A model generated the notes under the pieces. The model was not told where the DNA came from. It made no database searches and was given only the letters and a program-made list of their open reading frames with translations. From contig CAUVXB020000001.1 in NCBI GenBank assembly GCA_963555825.3, forward strand, positions 992,001 to 1,056,000: a stretch of DNA of 64,000 nt, read 5' to 3'. Positions 1 to 9,869 of this stretch are shown here, one piece after another. The position numbers and the translations under genes are program-made. The first letter of the stretch is position 1; the number at the start of each line of letters is the position of its first letter. The stretch is from Alphaproteobacteria bacterium (lineage in GTDB: Bacteria > Pseudomonadota > Alphaproteobacteria > JAAXGF01).

Positions 1-1900
1 GACCCTCGGTCCGGTAAATGCATGCGGACGTGTCGCAGCGGAGTGCGGCTTCGTCGCCTGGCCACGTCGCCGACGCCATCTGGCCGTTACGGCGCAGCCA
101 GGATTCGCCGTCGTAGCGAGCGGTCCGCGTCGACGAGAGCGCAAGTCTGTCGTCGGCCAGACGCACGGCGAATATCTTCGCCTCGCCGTCGACCAGGATG
201 TCCGCACGTTCGGCCAAGGGGGTGCTCGCGAGACCGGCGATGAAAGGGATGACGCCGAGCAACCGCCAGGCATGGCGCCATAGACAGAGCCAAAGCCCGC
301 CGAAGGCGGTGAGCAGCAGGCCGAGTGTCGGCATCGCCGGCAGCCGCTCGACGGCGCCCGGCCAGCCGGCGACCGTCTGCGCGATGGCGATGACCCAATC
401 GATCCCCCACCCCATCGGCGCCAGCGCCCAGCTCTCGAGGCCAAGCGGCATCAGGACCAGGGCCACAATGCCCCACGGCATGATCCACATCGCCGTCATC
501 GGCACGGCGAGAAAATTGGCCGCCAGGCCGAACACGGCGACCCGATTGAAGTGATAGATGGCGAACGGCGCGGTCGCCAGCGTCGCGACCACCGTGACCA
601 GCATGACGCCGGCGAAATAGGCCAATACGCGGCGCGCGGCCGTCCGCCGGTCCGCCCTCGGTGAGTCGCGGTCACGCAGCGCCTCATAGGTCGCGACCAG
701 ACCGATCACCGCGGCGAACGACATCTGGAAGCTCGGCCCGAGCAGGCTTTCTGGCTGCAGGATCAACACCGTGACCGCGGCCCAGGCGACCGCGCGCATG
801 GTCACCGCGCTGCGGTCGAGCAGAATTCCGACGATGACCAGGGCGCCCATCAGGAAGGCGCGCTGCGTCGGGATCGTCATGCCCGAAAGCAGGAGATAGA
901 AGGCCGTGCCGGCGAGCGCCGCGATGGCGGCCCATTTCTTGATCGGATGGCGTAGCGCGACCGGCTCGATGAGCGCAAGCAGCGCCCGCGCCGAGAAAAA
1001 CAGGATGGCCGCAAATAGGCCGATGTGAAGCCCGGAAATCGCCAGCAAATGGGCCAGCCCGGCGTCGCGCATGGCGGCCAGCACGCCGTCGTCGATGGCG
1101 CCCCGCATGCCGGTCAGGAGCGCTGTCGCGACGGCGCCCGCCTGACCGTCGAGCCCGGCGGTGATCCGTTCGGTTACTGCGTGGCGCAGGCGGCCGACGG
1201 CGGCCGCGAAGCCACCGCCGCTTTCGCCGGTCGGCGGTGCGACGGCGCGCACCGGCCCGAAGCCGTAGCCGACCGCGCCGAGTCGTTCGAAGTAGGCCTT
1301 GCGCTGAAAGTCGAAGGCGCCGGGCTGGGCAGGCGCCGCCGGTGGCATCAAACCGCCGCGCAGCTCAACCCAATCGCCGGGCACGAGCGTCGCGTCGAAA
1401 GCACGAAGATTGACCCGGATGCGCACCGGCACGACCTCGACCGACGGACGGAGAAATCGCACGTCCTCCAGGAGAATACGGCCGCCGTCGCCATGCGCGC
1501 CGTTCTGCACGACGCGTCCGACGACCGTCGCCGAGCGGACCGGCTTTTCGAGGACAGGCGCGGCGATCCAAGTGCTGCGCAGCTGGGCCGCCGCGAAGCC
1601 GCCGGCGACCAGCGTCACGGCGATCACGGCGGCCAACAAGGCCGTCTTGCCGCGCACCGCCAGCGCCGCGAGAACGCCCAGCAGCACGGCGCCCGACCCG
1701 GCCCATGGCGGTGGCTCGAATGGCAAAACAAAGTACAGCGCGATACCGACGGCCAGCCCGACGGGGCACCACAGCGGCCACCTCTGCGCGTCGTCGAGCA
1801 CGGCCGACGACAATCGTTCGAGCAGACCTGGCACGTCGTCGCGTCGCCACGACGCAAGCGCTCGCCGCCCGCCGGCTCGGTGTATCAGCCTGTCAGTCAT
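1..1900 (-). CDS. comEC: ComEC/Rec2 family competence protein (3' end runs off the window)
   Basis: Not in the ORF track (no stop inside the window). Hand translation from ATG at 1900 (GAGGGAG RBS) gives [11 protein letters not shown]...[19 protein letters not shown], and the family motif [19 protein letters not shown] occurs near 1020-1075. Divergent from gltX, as usual in Alphaproteobacteria. Confidence 0.88.
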   Translation of the reverse strand, partial: MTDRLIHRAGGRRALASWRRDDVPGLLERLSSAVLDDAQRWPLWCPVGLAVGIALYFVLPFEPPPWAGSGAVLLGVLAALAVRGKTALLAAVIAVTLVAGGFAAAQLRSTWIAAPVLEKPVRSATVVGRVVQNGAHGDGGRILLEDVRFLRPSVEVVPVRIRVNLRAFDATLVPGDWVELRGGLMPPAAPAQPGAFDFQRKAYFERLGAVGYGFGPVRAVAPPTGESGGGFAAAVGRLRHAVTERITAGLDGQAGAVATALLTGMRGAIDDGVLAAMRDAGLAHLLAISGLHIGLFAAILFFSARALLALIEPVALRHPIKKWAAIAALAGTAFYLLLSGMTIPTQRAFLMGALVIVGILLDRSAVTMRAVAWAAVTVLILQPESLLGPSFQMSFAAVIGLVATYEALRDRDSPRADRRTAARRVLAYFAGVMLVTVVATLATAPFAIYHFNRVAVFGLAANFLAVPMTAMWIMPWGIVALVLMPLGLESWALAPMGWGIDWVIAIAQTVAGWPGAVERLPAMPTLGLLLTAFGGLWLCLWRHAWRLLGVIPFIAGLASTPLAERADILVDGEAKIFAVRLADDRLALSSTRTARYDGESWLRRNGQMASATWPGDEAALRCDTSACIYRTEG

Positions 1901-2037
1901 CTCCCTCGGCGCTTGATGTTTACGCCGCCGCCCGCGATGTTAGCGCGCCGGTCGGGATCGGGCAAAGCGGGTTCGCGACGCGCGCCGATCTGTGCTACAT
2001 CAGCCGCGCAACGAACGAGCGCCGAGACATCGCCGAA

Positions 2038-3432
2038 ATGACCGACGTCGTTACACGATTCGCTCCCTCACCGACTGGCTTCCTTCACATCGGCGGTGCC
2101 CGCACGGCGCTGTTCAACTGGCTGTATGCGCGCCGTCATGGCGGCCGATTCCGCCTGCGCATCGAAGACACCGACCGGGCGCGCTCGAACGAGCAAGCGA
2201 TCGACGCCATCTTCGACGGTCTGACATGGCTCGGCCTCGATTGGGACGACGACGTGGTCTACCAATCCCAGCGTGTTCAGCGTCACGTCGCGATCGCCCG
2301 GCAATTGCTCGCCGAGGGCAAGGCGTACCACTGTTATTGCACGCCCGATGAGCTTGCCGTTATGCGCGAGGAACGCATGGCGGCCGGTGAAAAGACGCGC
2401 TACGACCGGCGCTGTCGCGATCCCGCGCCGGATATGACGATACCGGCCGATGTCCCGCCGGTCGTTCGCTTCAAGGCGCCGATGAACGGTGCGACGGTCC
2501 TGGACGACCGGATCCAGGGCGACGTCAGGTTCGAGAACGACCAGTTCGACGACATCGTCATCCTGCGTGGCGACGGCACGCCGACGTATATGCTCGCGGT
2601 CGTCGTCGACGACCACGACATGGGCGTGAGCCACGTGGTTCGCGGCGCCGATCACCTGACCAACGCGTTCCAGCACCGCTTCATCTTCGAGGCACTCGGC
2701 TGGGACGTCCCGGTGTTCGGCCATGTACCGTTGATCCACGGGGCTGACGGGGCCAAGCTGTCGAAGCGGCACGGCGCGCTCGGCGTCGCGGCCTATCGCG
2801 ATATGGGCTATCTCCCTGAAGCCATGCGGAACTATCTGCTCCGCCTGGGCTGGAGTCACGGCGATGACGAAATGATCTCGACCGCCCAAGCGATCGAATG
2901 GTTCGACTTCGACGCCATCGGCCGCTCCGCCGCCCGCTTTGATTTCGACAAGCTGAACAACGTCAACGGCCACTATCTGCGTAAAGCCGACGACGCCCGC
3001 TTGGTCGAACTCGTCGCCGCGCATCGCGGGCAGACGCTGAACGACGACGTCAGGGCACGCCTTCAGCGCGGCATGCCAGGCTTGAAAAATCGCGCGAAAA
3101 CACTCGTGGAACTCTCTGATAATGCGTCGTTTTATCTGTCAGAAAGACCGATAGAAATGGCGCCGAAAGCAGCAGCCCTGCTGAACCGGGACGACGGTTC
3201 TATCCTATCGAGTGTCGCGGCCCATCTCGCCGACGACGGCGATTGGTCGGCCGAGTCGCTCGAAGCGGCGGTGCGTGATTTCACCGAGCGCGAAGGCATC
3301 AAATTGGGCGCGATCGCTCAGCCGTTGCGCGCTGCGCTGACGGGCGCCACGGTATCGCCCCCGGTCTTCGAGGTGATGGCGGCACTTGGCCGCGCCGAAA
3401 CGCTCGCCCGCATCGACGACGCCGCCGGCTGA
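2038..3432 (+). CDS. gltX: glutamate--tRNA ligase
   Basis: [17 protein letters not shown] (HIGH motif), LRIEDTD, KLSKR (KMSKS motif). Start moved to ATG 2038. Confidence 0.96.
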   Translation: MTDVVTRFAPSPTGFLHIGGARTALFNWLYARRHGGRFRLRIEDTDRARSNEQAIDAIFDGLTWLGLDWDDDVVYQSQRVQRHVAIARQLLAEGKAYHCYCTPDELAVMREERMAAGEKTRYDRRCRDPAPDMTIPADVPPVVRFKAPMNGATVLDDRIQGDVRFENDQFDDIVILRGDGTPTYMLAVVVDDHDMGVSHVVRGADHLTNAFQHRFIFEALGWDVPVFGHVPLIHGADGAKLSKRHGALGVAAYRDMGYLPEAMRNYLLRLGWSHGDDEMISTAQAIEWFDFDAIGRSAARFDFDKLNNVNGHYLRKADDARLVELVAAHRGQTLNDDVRARLQRGMPGLKNRAKTLVELSDNASFYLSERPIEMAPKAAALLNRDDGSILSSVAAHLADDGDWSAESLEAAVRDFTEREGIKLGAIAQPLRAALTGATVSPPVFEVMAALGRAETLARIDDAAG

Positions 3433-3518
3433 TTTGTGCTATTTTTCGTTCGGCCCTATTTTGTCGGTAGAAATAATCGCCCGACGAGGCGTGTAGAAAG
3501 TTATCTGGAGGGACTGCC

Positions 3519-4856
3519 ATGGCGGATACCATCAAGCCAAAGAAAAAACTCACGTCGACCGCGAGCGTGTCGTTCACCGACGGCAAGTCGAACTCCGGTA
3601 CGGCCATCGATTTCGACGTTATCGACGGGACGATGGGCCCGGGCGTTATCGACGTCAGCAAGCTCTACCCCAAGACCGGCTACTTCACCTATGACCCGGG
3701 GTTCATGGCGACCGCGAGCTGCCAATCGAAAATTACCTTCATCGATGGCGAGAAGGGCGTTCTGCTCCATCGGGGCTATCCGATCGAGGCGCTCGCCGAG
3801 CAGAGCACCTTCATCGAGGTCTGTTACCTGCTGCTGTTCGGCGAACTGCCGTCGAAGAAACAGTATCGCAAATTCGAGAACGACGTGACCATGCACACCA
3901 TGGTGCACGAACAGCTTATCTTCCTGTTCCGTGGCTTCCGGCGTGACGCGCACCCCATGGCGATCATGGTCGGCGTCGTCGGCGCGCTGTCGGCCTTCTA
4001 TCACGACGCGCTCGACCTCACCGATCCGCAACACCGCAAGATAGCCTCCTACCGGCTGATCGCCAAAGTACCGACGATCGCTGCGATGGCCTTCAAGTTC
4101 TCGGTCGGCCAGCCCTTCATTTACCCGCGCAACGACCTGAACTACGTCGAGAATTTTCTGCACATGATGTTCGCGGTACCGACCGAGGAATACCGGGTCA
4201 ATCCGGTGTTCGCGCGCGCGCTCGATCGCATTTTCATCCTGCACGCCGACCACGAGCAGAACGCGTCGACGTCGACCGTGCGTCTGGCTGGCTCGTCGGG
4301 CGCCAACCCATATGCCTGCATCGCCGCCGGTATCGCCTGTCTGTGGGGCCCGGCTCACGGCGGTGCGAACGAGGCGGTGATCACCATGCTCAGCGAGATC
4401 GGCACGGCCGATCGCATCCCGGAATTCATCGCCCGGGCCAAGGACAAGAGCGACCCCTTCCGGCTGATGGGTTTCGGCCACCGGATTTACAAGAACTACG
4501 ACCCGCGCGCCCAGGTTCTGCGCGAGACCTGCCGCGAGGTTCTCGCCGAGATTGGCCAGACCGACGAGCCATTGCTCGAAATCGCCGTCGAGCTCGAGCG
4601 AATCGCGCTCGAGGACGAGTATTTCGTCAAGCGCAAGCTTTACCCGAACGTCGACTTCTATTCGGGCATTATCCTGCGCGCCATGGGCATCCCGCCACAT
4701 CTGTTCACGGTGATTTTCGCGGTCGCGCGCACGGTCGGCTGGGTCGCTCAGTGGAACGAGATGATCGACGACCCATCGCAGAAAATCGGCCGCCCGCGCC
4801 AACTCTACACCGGCTATGGCCCGCGCGATTACGTGCCGCTGGCGAATCGCCGCTAA
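3519..4856 (+). CDS. gltA: citrate synthase (type II)
   Basis: [37 protein letters not shown]; GGAGG RBS. Confidence 0.97.
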   Translation: MADTIKPKKKLTSTASVSFTDGKSNSGTAIDFDVIDGTMGPGVIDVSKLYPKTGYFTYDPGFMATASCQSKITFIDGEKGVLLHRGYPIEALAEQSTFIEVCYLLLFGELPSKKQYRKFENDVTMHTMVHEQLIFLFRGFRRDAHPMAIMVGVVGALSAFYHDALDLTDPQHRKIASYRLIAKVPTIAAMAFKFSVGQPFIYPRNDLNYVENFLHMMFAVPTEEYRVNPVFARALDRIFILHADHEQNASTSTVRLAGSSGANPYACIAAGIACLWGPAHGGANEAVITMLSEIGTADRIPEFIARAKDKSDPFRLMGFGHRIYKNYDPRAQVLRETCREVLAEIGQTDEPLLEIAVELERIALEDEYFVKRKLYPNVDFYSGIILRAMGIPPHLFTVIFAVARTVGWVAQWNEMIDDPSQKIGRPRQLYTGYGPRDYVPLANRR

Positions 4857-4977
4857 CGACGTTTCGCCGTCGATGCCATAGCCCATAATCCGATCGATCG
4901 GAATTGATCGGTTTATGCCAGCCCGCGACCGCGGGCCGCCGACCGTTCGGCGGAAGCATGCGCGGCGATTGAGCGCA

Positions 4978-5004
4978 GGTCATCTTTACGACGTAAAGAT
5001 GACC
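4978..5004. repeat. perfect 13-bp inverted repeat with 1-nt spacer between convergent gltA and lpxB
   Basis: GGTCATCTTTACG-A-CGTAAAGATGACC read directly from the sequence. Confidence 0.8.
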
Positions 5005-5015
5005 GCACAAATATG

Positions 5016-6188
5016 TCACCGCGCCGCGCGGTCTTCCGCGATGACGTCGAGGATAATTTCGGCCGCCCGGACACTCGGTGCCGGCCCGCCAAGGCCGATC
5101 AATTCGGCCGCGCGGCGCGCCTGAGTTCGCTGTTCTTCGCTTGCCTCGTCATCGCTCAGCAGGCGCACCATCTCGTCGGCCAGCGCATCGGCGCGGCAGG
5201 CCTGTTGAATGAACTCGGGTACCACCGGCCGGTCGAGGACCAAGTTGACCAGGCAGATATAGGACAGGCTGGCCATTCGCTTGGCGAGCCAGATGGTTAG
5301 CGGATTGCCACGATAGGCAATCGCCATGGGAACGCTGGCGATGGCGAGTTCGAGCGCGACGGTCCCCGATACCGCAAGCGCCGCGTTCGAGGCGGCAAAG
5401 GCGTCATACTTCTCGTCCCTGCCGTTGACAACCGTGGTCGGCGCCTGCCAGTTCGCCGCGGCACTGGCCACCTCGGCCTCGACGCCGGTGAAGGCCGGCA
5501 CGACGACCCGCAAACCGGGTACACGCTCGGCCAACAAGGCGACGGTGTCGCCGAACACCGGAAGATGGTGCGTGACTTCACCGAGGCGGCTGCCCGGCAG
5601 GACACAGACCACGGGTGCTTCGGTGGGAATACCGTGGCGCATGCGGAAGGCAGGACCATCACCCTGGTCGGCACCCTCCTCGACGACGCCATGACCGACG
5701 AAGCTGCAGGGCAACCCGACCGCCTCGAAATAGGGCGGCTCGAACGGCAGGATGGCCAGCACGTGATCGAGATAGCGGGCGATGCGGGCCGCGCGCGCCG
5801 GCCGGTGCGCCCAAACCTGGGGCGCGACATAATGGATCTGTGCGATGCCGGCGTCGGCGAGCCGACGTTGCACGCGCAGCGAAAAATCCGGCAAGTCGAT
5901 GGTCACCACCGCGGCCGGCCGCATACGGCGCGCCGCCTCGGACGCGGTTCGGATATGGCCCAGGATACGGGGGATCTTGGGCACCACCTCGAGGTAGCCC
6001 ATCACGCTCAGCTCGCGTATCGGCAGCAGGCTGTCGAGCCCCTCGCCGGCCATCCGTTCGCCGCCGATGCCGGCGAACCGGACGGCGCCTTGGGTCCGTT
6101 CCTTCAGCGCGGCCATCAAGCGGGCGCCCAGCGCGTCACCCGAGGGTTCGCCCGCAACGATAAAGATCAGGGGGCCGTCTCCGCTCAC
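5016..6188 (-). CDS. lpxB: lipid-A-disaccharide synthase
   Basis: IVAGEPSGD, HYVAPQVWA, LPFE, LPGSR, SGTVALE; GTG start overlaps the lpxI stop (GTGA). Confidence 0.95.
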   Translation of the reverse strand: MSGDGPLIFIVAGEPSGDALGARLMAALKERTQGAVRFAGIGGERMAGEGLDSLLPIRELSVMGYLEVVPKIPRILGHIRTASEAARRMRPAAVVTIDLPDFSLRVQRRLADAGIAQIHYVAPQVWAHRPARAARIARYLDHVLAILPFEPPYFEAVGLPCSFVGHGVVEEGADQGDGPAFRMRHGIPTEAPVVCVLPGSRLGEVTHHLPVFGDTVALLAERVPGLRVVVPAFTGVEAEVASAAANWQAPTTVVNGRDEKYDAFAASNAALAVSGTVALELAIASVPMAIAYRGNPLTIWLAKRMASLSYICLVNLVLDRPVVPEFIQQACRADALADEMVRLLSDDEASEEQRTQARRAAELIGLGGPAPSVRAAEIILDVIAEDRAAR

Positions 6189-7018
6189 GCGTCGCCCGGT
6201 TCGATGCCGACGATGAAGAGCCCCGCGGCGTCGGCGGCCCGGCCGACATCGACGCGGTCGACGACGATCGAGCCGCCTGCTTCGACGGCGATGCCGACGA
6301 GGCCCGCATCTTGTGCGGCTTTGATCGTGAGCAGGCCGACGGCGGGGAGGTCCGCGCGCCGTTCCTGGCCCGGCTTCTTGAGCTTCACCATGACACCGCC
6401 CCGCCCGTCGTAGCGCAGCGCCGCGCAACGCGCCAACAGGGCGTCGGTGCCCTCGGCGGCCTCGACGCCCAGCACGACGCCCTGTTGCACGACGACGGCC
6501 TGACCGACGTCGAGCGCGCCGAGCGCCAGGGCCACCGCGACACCCGCATCGATGTCGGCCTGCGCCTCGTCATCGGGGACGAGCGTGCCGATCGGGCCGG
6601 TTGGCGCCAAGATGTCGGAAAGAATTTCGTCGATACCGACGACACGGAAATTTTCGCCTTCGAGTTCGGCGACGATCAGCGACAACAGCTTGTTGTCGCC
6701 CATGGCGCCCAAGCCATGGCGCATCAACACCTTCAGGCCGCGGCGGTCGATACCCAGACTGCTCAACGAAATCCGGTCGACCGGGCCGGCCAGGACGACG
6801 TCCTCGCAGCCCGCCTCGTGCATCAGCGAGATCGTCTTGTCGATGGCGCCGAGGCGCACCCAAGCGTGCGGCGCATCGCCGATCGCGTCGGCCTCGGTAA
6901 TGCCGTCGAAGGCGACGACGAAGACATCGCGCCCGACGTCACGACAAGTGCTGACGATACGGCCCGGTAGGTCGCCCGAGCCAGCGAAGATCGCGAGCTT
7001 AGGCTGCCTCACGGCCAT
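6185..7018 (-). CDS. lpxI: UDP-2,3-diacylglucosamine diphosphatase LpxI
   Basis: LAIFAGSGDLP, DVGQAVVV, EAAEGTD, KPGQERRADLP; lies between lpxA and lpxB. Confidence 0.92.
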   Translation of the reverse strand: MAVRQPKLAIFAGSGDLPGRIVSTCRDVGRDVFVVAFDGITEADAIGDAPHAWVRLGAIDKTISLMHEAGCEDVVLAGPVDRISLSSLGIDRRGLKVLMRHGLGAMGDNKLLSLIVAELEGENFRVVGIDEILSDILAPTGPIGTLVPDDEAQADIDAGVAVALALGALDVGQAVVVQQGVVLGVEAAEGTDALLARCAALRYDGRGGVMVKLKKPGQERRADLPAVGLLTIKAAQDAGLVGIAVEAGGSIVVDRVDVGRAADAAGLFIVGIEPGDA

Positions 7019-7802
7019 CCTTCGGTTGGCAGACGGCGCGCGCGCTATCGGAACGAATGAACTCGATGATGTCCCTCACCGCCTCGTTGTCTGGAAACAG
7101 TTGGGCGACATCCGAAATGCGCTCGGCCATGGTGCCCTCCGGCGCGAAGAGCAGCCGATACGCCCGGCGCAGCGAATGGATGGCGTCGCGGTCGAAGCCG
7201 CGGCGCTTGATGCCGACAATATTGAGACCGCTCAGATGTGCACGGTCGCCCGTGACCGAGCCGTATGGGATGACATCGTTCTCGACACCCGACATGCCGC
7301 CAACCATGGCATGGCGACCGATGCGCACGAATTGATGCACCGCGCAGAGGCCGCCAAGCACGGCGTAGTCCTCGACCACGACGTGGCCGCCGAGTGTCGC
7401 GTTGTTGGCCATGATGACATTGTCGCCAATGACGCAGTCGTGCGCGACATGAACACCGATCATGAACAGGCCGTTGGCGCCAACCGACGTCACCATGCCG
7501 CCGCCACGGGTGCCCGGGTTCATGGTGACGTATTCGCGGATCGTGTTGTTCGCGCCGATCACCAATTCGGACGGCTCGCCGTCGTATTTGAGGTCCTGCG
7601 GCGGCAGGCCGATCGAGGCAAAGGGGAAAATCTTGCAATTGGCGCCGATCTTCGTCCGGCCGTCGATGACGACATGCGAATCGACGACCACGCCGGCGCC
7701 CAGCTCGACATCGCCACCGATGATGCAGTAGGGCCCGATCTTGACGTTGTCGCCGAGGCGGGCGCGCGAATCGACAATAGCCGTGGCGTGAATGTCGGAC
7801 AT
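6999..7802 (-). CDS. lpxA: UDP-N-acetylglucosamine O-acyltransferase
   Basis: Hexapeptide repeats, PQDLKY, HVAHDC, VHQFVRIG. Confidence 0.96.
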   Translation of the reverse strand: MSDIHATAIVDSRARLGDNVKIGPYCIIGGDVELGAGVVVDSHVVIDGRTKIGANCKIFPFASIGLPPQDLKYDGEPSELVIGANNTIREYVTMNPGTRGGGMVTSVGANGLFMIGVHVAHDCVIGDNVIMANNATLGGHVVVEDYAVLGGLCAVHQFVRIGRHAMVGGMSGVENDVIPYGSVTGDRAHLSGLNIVGIKRRGFDRDAIHSLRRAYRLLFAPEGTMAERISDVAQLFPDNEAVRDIIEFIRSDSARAVCQPKDGREAA

Positions 7803-8270
7803 CTAGTCGTCGAGGATCATCGCGGCGAAGGTCGCGTCGGCGACCACGCGCCCGTCGACTTTTGCCTGGGCGTCGAACTTCCAAACATTGCCACGCTGTT
7901 GACGTTTGTAGACATGGACGTGGAGTGTGTCGCCCGGCACCACCGGTTTGCGAAAGCGCGCATTGTCGACCGACATGAAGTAGACCAGCCTGCCTTCCGC
8001 GCCCGACCCCAATGTCGAAACGACGAGGACGGCGGCGGTCTGCGCCATCGACTCGATGATCATGACGCCAGGCATCACCGGTCGCGTCGGAAAATGACCC
8101 TGAAAGTAAGGCTCGTTGATCGTGACGTTCTTGATTCCCGTTGCGCTGACGTCGGGCACGAGGTCGACAACCCGATCGATCATAAGAAATGGATAACGGT
8201 GCGGGATAAGCTGCTGAACCCGCTCGATATCCAGGTCTTCGCCCTGTTCGTAACTTGCCGCTTCGGCCAT
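7803..8270 (-). CDS. fabZ: 3-hydroxyacyl-ACP dehydratase
   Basis: [29 protein letters not shown]. Confidence 0.96.
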   Translation of the reverse strand: MAEAASYEQGEDLDIERVQQLIPHRYPFLMIDRVVDLVPDVSATGIKNVTINEPYFQGHFPTRPVMPGVMIIESMAQTAAVLVVSTLGSGAEGRLVYFMSVDNARFRKPVVPGDTLHVHVYKRQQRGNVWKFDAQAKVDGRVVADATFAAMILDD

Positions 8271-9296
8271 CTATCTCTTGTCCCTTACCTTGCCCAACCG
8301 AGCGATCGCCACCATTTGCCGACGCCATTGCTGGATCGGAATTGCCGGTGCGCCTCCGTAGGTCTGGCCCCCCTCGTGGTTGCGTATGACACCCGATCGC
8401 GCCGCGAACTGCGCACCGTCGCCGATCGTCAAATGACCGGCAACAGCGGCCTGCCCACCGAACACGACGAAATCGCCGAGCGACGTGCTACCCGCGATGC
8501 CGACTTGTGCAACGATCACACAACCCCTCCCCAGCTGCACGTTATGCGCAATTTGCACCGAATTATCAATCATACACCCGGCGCCAATGACCGTATCGGC
8601 GGCGCTGCCACGATCGATCGTCGTGTTGGCGCCGACTTCGACATCGTCATGAATGATGACGCGACCGACCTGCGGAATGCGCAGATGGCCGGCGGGCGAC
8701 GACGCGAAACCGAAGCCGTCCTGACCGATGCGCGCCCCGGGAAAGATGGTGACCCGGTCGCCGATGAGGCTGAATTCGACCGTTGCGCCGGCGCCAATCA
8801 CGCAGTCTTCGCCGATGACGACGGCGTCGCCGATCGTAGCGTTGGGGCAAACATGCGTGCGAGCGCCAATCTCGCAACTGGGACCGATAACGGCGCCGGC
8901 GTCGATGCGGCAGTCCTCGGCAATCGTCGCGGTTTGGTCGACCGTCGCGCCGGGCGAAATTCCCGGTTCGATGACCGGCGCGGGATAGAAGCTGCGTGCG
9001 ACACGCGCGAAGGCCAGATACGGCGTTTCGCTGAGCAGCAGGGAAGCGGTGGCGGGTGCCCTATCGGCCAGCGCTGGGGCCACGATGCAGGCGCCGGCCC
9101 GGGTACCCTCGAAAACCTGCAGGTAGCGTTTGTTGTCGATGAAACTGATGTCGTGCTCGCCAGCGTCGCCCAGTGGTGCGATATCGACGATTTTCTTGTC
9201 GCCGTCGGCCGTCGCGGCCAGCGCCGCACCGGCAATCTTCGCCAGTGCAGCCACAGTGAACGGCCCGCTCACCTTGAAGAAGCGTGGATCGGCCAT
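8271..9296 (-). CDS. lpxD: UDP-3-O-(3-hydroxyacyl)glucosamine N-acyltransferase
   Basis: MADPRFF N-terminus, GQDGFGF, IPQVGRVII, DNSVQIAHNV. Confidence 0.96.
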   Translation of the reverse strand: MADPRFFKVSGPFTVAALAKIAGAALAATADGDKKIVDIAPLGDAGEHDISFIDNKRYLQVFEGTRAGACIVAPALADRAPATASLLLSETPYLAFARVARSFYPAPVIEPGISPGATVDQTATIAEDCRIDAGAVIGPSCEIGARTHVCPNATIGDAVVIGEDCVIGAGATVEFSLIGDRVTIFPGARIGQDGFGFASSPAGHLRIPQVGRVIIHDDVEVGANTTIDRGSAADTVIGAGCMIDNSVQIAHNVQLGRGCVIVAQVGIAGSTSLGDFVVFGGQAAVAGHLTIGDGAQFAARSGVIRNHEGGQTYGGAPAIPIQQWRRQMVAIARLGKVRDKR

Positions 9297-9299
9297 GGC

Positions 9300-9866
9300 T
9301 CAGTTCTGAACGAGGGGCACCTTGACGGACGGCAGCTGGGCATTCAGACGGCGCAGCGCCTCGTCGGTTATGTTCAGCGAACTGTCGGCGAACACGATTT
9401 GCCCGTGGGGCAGGACCAGATTGAAACCACGCTCCTTGGCGAGTGCCGCGATGATCACGGTCAACGCGCGTTGGACCTCTTTCATGCCATAGGCATAGGC
9501 TTGGTCGAGCTCGCGTTTACGTGCCTGCATGCCGGTCTGCAATTCGGCGACCCGGCCCTCGAACTCTCGACGTTTCTGCGCCAGCGCGTCGGGAGCCAGG
9601 ATCGTGGCTTGCCGCAAAAGCTCCTGTTCGGCATCGCGAAGCTCCTGCTCCCGCTTGGTGATCTCGTTTTGATAGACTTGGCGCCGTTGATCGACCTGTA
9701 CCTTTATGTCGTTCGCGGCGGCCGATTCAAGCATGACACGCTGGAACTCGAGAATCGCGATTTTCGCTGGTGGTGTTGCCTGGCCATAGACATTGGCCGG
9801 CGTGCCGGCCGCGAACATCGCGACCAATGCGCCCGCCATCGCGAGGCAAATCTTGGGTGATTTCAT
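9300..9866 (-). CDS. skp: OmpH/Skp periplasmic chaperone
   Basis: Signal peptide, coiled-coil body, NITDEAL C-terminal motif; lies between bamA and lpxD. Confidence 0.85.
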   Translation of the reverse strand: MKSPKICLAMAGALVAMFAAGTPANVYGQATPPAKIAILEFQRVMLESAAANDIKVQVDQRRQVYQNEITKREQELRDAEQELLRQATILAPDALAQKRREFEGRVAELQTGMQARKRELDQAYAYGMKEVQRALTVIIAALAKERGFNLVLPHGQIVFADSSLNITDEALRRLNAQLPSVKVPLVQN

Positions 9867-9869
9867 CAG

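Noticed and set aside
6552-9860. 1102-aa plus-strand ORF
   Set aside because: Antisense shadow of the in-frame lpxA-fabZ-lpxD-skp genes; high GC3 removes stops in that frame, and no protein motifs are recognisable.
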